Shown piece after piece: positions 7,939 to 11,270 of a stretch of DNA of 11,270 nucleotides (positions are counted from its first letter, which is position 1; each line of letters opens with the position of its first letter). Position numbers and translations under genes: made by a program. Source of the DNA: a virus (lineage: Duplodnaviria > Heunggongvirae > Uroviricota > Caudoviricetes); IMG/VR virus record IMGVR_UViG_2695420897_000014; one strand, written 5' to 3'. The notes beneath the pieces are model-generated. The model was given only the letters and a program-made list of their open reading frames with translations, was not told where the DNA came from and did not search any database.

Positions 7939-8267
7939 CAGTTCACCACCTGTTCAAACTCTGCGCTGAACTCAACACGCAGCATACTGACCCGCGACGA
8001 CCATTTTGCGCAGGTCACCTTTATCTGCCGGTAGCCATAAGGCGGCGTCCACAGAAAGGCCTTCCAGCCCCCGTGCTCAGCCAGAAACGACTCCAGCGCC
8101 GCGGCCTCCCAACGGGGAACAGAAAGCGTCACGCTGTACGTTTTCAGGTCAGTGTTCAGCCCGGCAGGCGCTCGCTGGGAATAGCCATCACCAAAGCGCA
8201 CCTTTCTTACGGAAGGGGCAGAAGCCACATCCATACCGGGTTTCACTTTCCAGCGGAAGGTTTTCAT
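7938..8267 (-). CDS. M: Minor tail protein M (lambda gpM homolog), 109 aa, copy 1
   Basis: MKTFRWKVKPGMDVASAPSVRKVRFGDGYSQRAPAGLN...SRVSMLRVEFSAEFEQVVN matches gpM. The start overlaps the stop of the upstream H fragment, and its own stop overlaps the L start (ATGA). Confidence 0.95.
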   Translation of the reverse strand: MKTFRWKVKPGMDVASAPSVRKVRFGDGYSQRAPAGLNTDLKTYSVTLSVPRWEAAALESFLAEHGGWKAFLWTPPYGYRQIKVTCAKWSSRVSMLRVEFSAEFEQVVN

Positions 8268-8863
8268 CGTCCACCTCCGGAGAACAGACCACCATCGCGC
8301 ATCTGCCCGGTCACAACATCCATTGCCGCCTTACGGGCTACGTCATAAACAGCCTTCAGTGCCTGTGGCCCTATCTGACCGTTCGTGCCGTCGTTGTTAA
8401 TCACCACATGGTTATTCTGCTCAAACGTCCCGGACGCCTGCGACCGGCTGTCCGCCATGCTGCCCGGTGTACCGACATAACCGCCGGTGGCATAGCCGCG
8501 CATCAGCCGGTAGAGATTCCCCACGCCAATCCGTCTGGTTGCCTCCTTCGTGAAGACGAATTCACCGCGGTGAACAATTCCCGCTGGCTCATATTTGCCG
8601 CCGGTTCCCGTAAATCCTCCGGTTGCAAAATGGAATTTCGCCGCAGCTGCCTGAATGGCTGTACCGCCTGATGCGGATGCGCCGCCACCAACAGCCCCGC
8701 CAATGGCGCTACCGATACTCCCGACAATCCCCACCATTGCCTGCTTAAGCAGAATTTCTGTCATCATGGACAGCACGGAACGGGTGAAGCTGCGCCAGTT
8801 CTGCTCACTGCCGGTCAGCATCGCTGCCATATTCTGTGCAATACCGTCAAAGGTCTGCGTGGC
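8264..8863 (-). CDS. H: 3'-terminal fragment of tape-measure gene H (C-terminal 199 aa), copy 1, truncated at the N-run; partial, not an intact gene in this assembly
   Basis: Translation ATQTFDGIAQNMAAMLTGSEQNWRSF...GGFTGTGGKYEPAGIVHRGEFVFTKEA...MRDGGLFSGGGR equals the C-terminus of the full H copy at 9633..10232 with a few substitutions. Its upstream end abuts 10 N. Confidence 0.75.
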   Translation of the reverse strand, partial: ATQTFDGIAQNMAAMLTGSEQNWRSFTRSVLSMMTEILLKQAMVGIVGSIGSAIGGAVGGGASASGGTAIQAAAAKFHFATGGFTGTGGKYEPAGIVHRGEFVFTKEATRRIGVGNLYRLMRGYATGGYVGTPGSMADSRSQASGTFEQNNHVVINNDGTNGQIGPQALKAVYDVARKAAMDVVTGQMRDGGLFSGGGR

Positions 8864-8873
8864 NNNNNNNNNN
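8864..8873. other. Assembly gap (10 N) joining two partially redundant sequence blocks
   Basis: Ten consecutive n characters at 8864-8873. Confidence 0.99.
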
Positions 8874-9307
8874 GCGCTCAGTTCGCTGCACTGCTCGATG
8901 CGCCAGCGGCTGATCACCTCCTGCTCCGGATCGGCGTAACTGTTTCCGTTGACGAAGTTCACCGCATCCAGAAAACGGGCGTAAACCTTACGCCGGACCA
9001 CCGTTCCGCCGACCAGACTCTGCATATCTTCCGCCATCCCGGTGACCATACCGTACAGGTTAGAAACCGTCAGCGTGGGGCGCGTACTGGTGCCTTTGCC
9101 ATTCAGTTCAAAACCGCTCCCCTGAATGGGATACGGCTGATACTGTCGCCCCTGCCAGGTGACCGGCTCACCTTTTTCGTTCTGCTCATTACAGAAAAAA
9201 TAACGTTCTCCACCGACCTCTGTCAGGTCGATTTCCCAGAGCACCACGCTGGCCGACTGCTCCGCACGGGTGCATTCATTCAGTGTTTCCTGCCGGATAT
9301 CCTGCAT
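8874..9307 (-). CDS. L: 5' fragment of minor tail gene L (N-terminal about 144 aa), copy 2, truncated at the N-run; partial
   Basis: Translation MQDIRQETLNEC...VNGNSYADPEQEVISRWRIEQCSELS is identical to L copy 1 residues 1-143 except D to Y at one position. It is fused in frame by chance across the N-run to the H fragment in the ORF track (8264..9307). Confidence 0.75.
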
Positions 9308-9636
9308 CAGTTCACCACCTGTTCAAACTCTGCGCTGAACTCAACACGTAACATACTGACCCGCGATGTCCATTTTGCGCAGGTCACCCTGATCTGCCGC
9401 CAGCCATAAGGCGGCGTCCACAGAAAGGCTTTCCAGCCCCCGTGCTCAGCCAGAAACGACTCCAGCGCCCTGGCCTCCTCGCGGGAGACAGAAAGCGTCA
9501 CGCTGTACGTTTTCAGGTCAGCATTCAGCCCGGCAGGCGCACGCTGGGAATAGCCATCACCAAAGCGCACCTCCCTGACGGAAGGAGCCGATGTCACATC
9601 CATCCCGGGTTTCACTTTCCAGCGGAAGGTTTTCAT
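9307..9636 (-). CDS. M: Minor tail protein M (lambda gpM homolog), 109 aa, copy 2 (divergent allele)
   Basis: Same length and ends as copy 1, with 9 amino-acid differences (for example PRWEAAA versus SREEARA; Y to W; K to R). ATGA overlaps with H upstream and the L fragment downstream. Confidence 0.9.
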   Translation of the reverse strand: MKTFRWKVKPGMDVTSAPSVREVRFGDGYSQRAPAGLNADLKTYSVTLSVSREEARALESFLAEHGGWKAFLWTPPYGWRQIRVTCAKWTSRVSMLRVEFSAEFEQVVN

Positions 9637-11270
9637 CGTCCACCTCCGGAGAACAAGCCACCATCACGCATCTGTGCCTGAATTTCATCACGGGCACCCT
9701 TGCGGGCCATGTCATACACAGCCTTCAGCGCCTGTGGTCCAATCTGCCCGTTCGTGCCGTCGTTGTTAATCACCACATGGTTATTCTGCTCAAACTTCCC
9801 GGACGCCTGCGACCGGCTGTCCGCCAGACTGCCCGGTGTACCGACATAACCGCCGGTGGCATAGCCGCGCATAAGCCGGTAAAGATTCCCCACGCCAATC
9901 CGGCTGGTTGCCTCCTTCGTGAAGACAAACTCACCACGGTGAACAATCCCCGCTGGCTCATATTTGCCGCCGGTTCCCGTAAATCCTCCGGTCGCAAAAT
10001 GGAATTTCGCCGCAGCTGCCTGAATGGCTGTACCGCCTGATGCGGATGCGCCGCCACCAACAGCCCCGCCAATGGCGCTACCGATACTCCCGACAATCCC
10101 CACCATTGCCTGCTTAAGCAGAATTTCTGTCATCATGGACAGCACGGAACGGGTGAAGCTGCGCCAGTTCTGCTCACTGCCGGTCAGCATCGCTGCCATA
10201 TTCTGTGCAATACCGTCAAAGGTCTGCGTGGCCACGCTTTTTACCTGCGAAAAACTGTCCGTCGCACTTTCCGCCCACTCACCCCAGCCGGACTTCATCC
10301 CGGCCATCCAGCTTCCACGAAGCTGCTCCTCCGCAGACCAGGTGTTCTTCAGTGCAGATGTGGCCTTCGCCAGCGCATCCGGATTATCACCGTACACCTC
10401 ACGAAGGCGCTGCTCTTCCGACTCCCGCTGCGCCTGACGGTCGGTGAGTCCGCGGGCTTTTGCGCTGATTGCCGCCTGCTTCGCACTCTGCTGCTGTTCA
10501 AACCGCGCCGCCTGCTGTGCCAGCTCATTCAGCCGTTTCTGGTGTTCAACCTTGTCGCCCAGCTCAGCCAGCTGGCGTTTGTACTCCAGCGTCTCTTTCT
10601 CATGAGCCAGCAGGGATTTTTCCTGCTCAGATAACTGCCGTTTCGTGGCGGCCTCTTTCAGGACCACATACTGATTTTCCGCTTTCCATAAATCCCGGCG
10701 CTGCTGGCTGATTTTTTCATTCGCACCGCTGTGCTTCTCCAGCGTCCTGAGCTCAGTTTCAAGCGACAGCATGGCTGCATGCGCCCGGTCTTCCTGGCGC
10801 TCACCGGCAGACACCTTCACACCTGACGGCTTTTTCTGCGTCGATTCATAATCCTTTTTTGCCGACGCCATCAGCGTGTTGTAATCCGCCTGCAGGATTT
10901 TTCCGTCTTTCAGGGCCTTATTCAGCTCTTCCTGCCGGGCGGTATATTTCTCCAGTGGCGTCAGCAGGCGCTCATACGCCTTCTGCGCCTCTCCGGTATA
11001 CTTCAGCTGTGACGACTCACGCTCAGCCCTGTCCCTTGCCGCCAGTTCACCGGCTTTTTCCATATCCGACTGCAGCGTGGCCGCTGCCAGACCCAGACGG
11101 GCATTTTCCCGGTCATCCCATGCGCCCTGAAGGTTGGCCCGGAAAGAGGAGGTTTTACCGCGGCGCTGGCTCCGGCTCTGGTACCACTGCCATTTTTTAT
11201 CCGCCTCATCAAATGCCTTCTGCGCACTGGCGAGCATATCCGCTGAGGATTCCGGACGACCGATATCCAG
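9633..11270 (-). CDS. H: Tail length tape-measure protein H (lambda gpH homolog), 5' end beyond the window (partial, at least 545 aa shown)
   Basis: The reading frame is open to the window edge; the upstream in-frame codons 11238-11270 translate LDIGRPESSAD before MLASAQ. Coiled-coil-like charged region, then the conserved C-terminal block QVKSVATQTFDGIAQNM...GGFTGTGGKYEPAGIVHRGEFVF...MRDGGLFSGGGR, typical of lambda gpH. Confidence 0.9.
   Translation of the reverse strand: MDIGRPESSADMLASAQKAFDEADKKWQWYQSRSQRRGKTSSFRANLQGAWDDRENARLGLAAATLQSDMEKAGELAARDRAERESSQLKYTGEAQKAYERLLTPLEKYTARQEELNKALKDGKILQADYNTLMASAKKDYESTQKKPSGVKVSAGERQEDRAHAAMLSLETELRTLEKHSGANEKISQQRRDLWKAENQYVVLKEAATKRQLSEQEKSLLAHEKETLEYKRQLAELGDKVEHQKRLNELAQQAARFEQQQSAKQAAISAKARGLTDRQAQRESEEQRLREVYGDNPDALAKATSALKNTWSAEEQLRGSWMAGMKSGWGEWAESATDSFSQVKSVATQTFDGIAQNMAAMLTGSEQNWRSFTRSVLSMMTEILLKQAMVGIVGSIGSAIGGAVGGGASASGGTAIQAAAAKFHFATGGFTGTGGKYEPAGIVHRGEFVFTKEATSRIGVGNLYRLMRGYATGGYVGTPGSLADSRSQASGKFEQNNHVVINNDGTNGQIGPQALKAVYDMARKGARDEIQAQMRDGGLFSGGGR

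Larger units (their letters stand above)
7505..8863. repeat. Direct repeat copy 1 (1359 bp: L 5' part, M, H 3' part); partner at 8874..10232
   Basis: The sequence from 7505 (gcgctcagttcgctgcactgctcgatgcgccagcgg...) to 8863 (...ggtctgcgtggc) recurs at offset +1369 with a few percent nucleotide divergence. Confidence 0.9.
8874..10232. repeat. Direct repeat copy 2 (1359 bp: L 5' part, M, H 3' part); partner at 7505..8863
   Basis: Begins immediately after the N-run with the same sequence as 7505 onward and ends at 10232 with ggtctgcgtggc, after which the unique part of H continues. Confidence 0.9.

Noticed and set aside
7384-8034. 216-aa plus-strand ORF and other plus-strand ORFs across L and M
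   Set aside because: Antisense to L and M; no independent support.
8006-8671. 221-aa plus-strand ORF, with its near-duplicate at 9591..10040
   Set aside because: Antisense to M and the H C-terminus in both repeat copies. It is duplicated only because the underlying DNA is duplicated, and it has a Ser/Arg/Pro-rich composition with no motifs.
8264-9307. 347-aa minus-strand ORF with an XXXX segment
   Set aside because: It is a chance in-frame fusion across the 10-N gap of the L N-terminal fragment and the H C-terminal fragment, not a real gene. It is reported as two partial features instead.
1-11270. Searched by eye for CRISPR repeats, tRNA-like cloverleaf sequences, IS-element inverted repeats or defence-system genes
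   Set aside because: No short regularly spaced repeats, no tRNA-like structures and no transposase-like ORFs were noticed. The window is fully accounted for by phage tail genes plus the lom and lipoprotein morons, and the only large repeat is the 1359-bp block described above.

Overview
This window is the distal tail / tail-tip module of a lambda-like (lambdoid siphovirus) prophage, almost certainly in an enterobacterial host, with every real gene on the minus strand. Reading right to left in lambda order: tape-measure H (5' end runs off the window), M, L, K, I, then host-specificity protein J, the Lom/Ail-family outer-membrane protein, and the N-terminal part of a side-tail-fibre (Stf) protein with a collagen-like Gly-X-Y stretch. 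Two things depart from the canonical layout. First, a small AT-rich lipoprotein gene with its own hairpin terminator sits between I and J; this is the best candidate for an undescribed accessory function, and I hypothesise a receptor-masking superinfection-exclusion role. Second, a 1359-bp block (3' end of H, all of M, 5' part of L) occurs twice in direct orientation at a period of 1369 bp, and the two copies are separated by a run of 10 N. This is most likely a scaffold join between contigs carrying different alleles of near-identical prophage tail genes, so the chimeric ORF at 8264..9307 is not a real gene. All plus-strand ORFs in the track overlap these genes in antisense and look spurious. 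All identifications are by eye from the translations; no searches were run.
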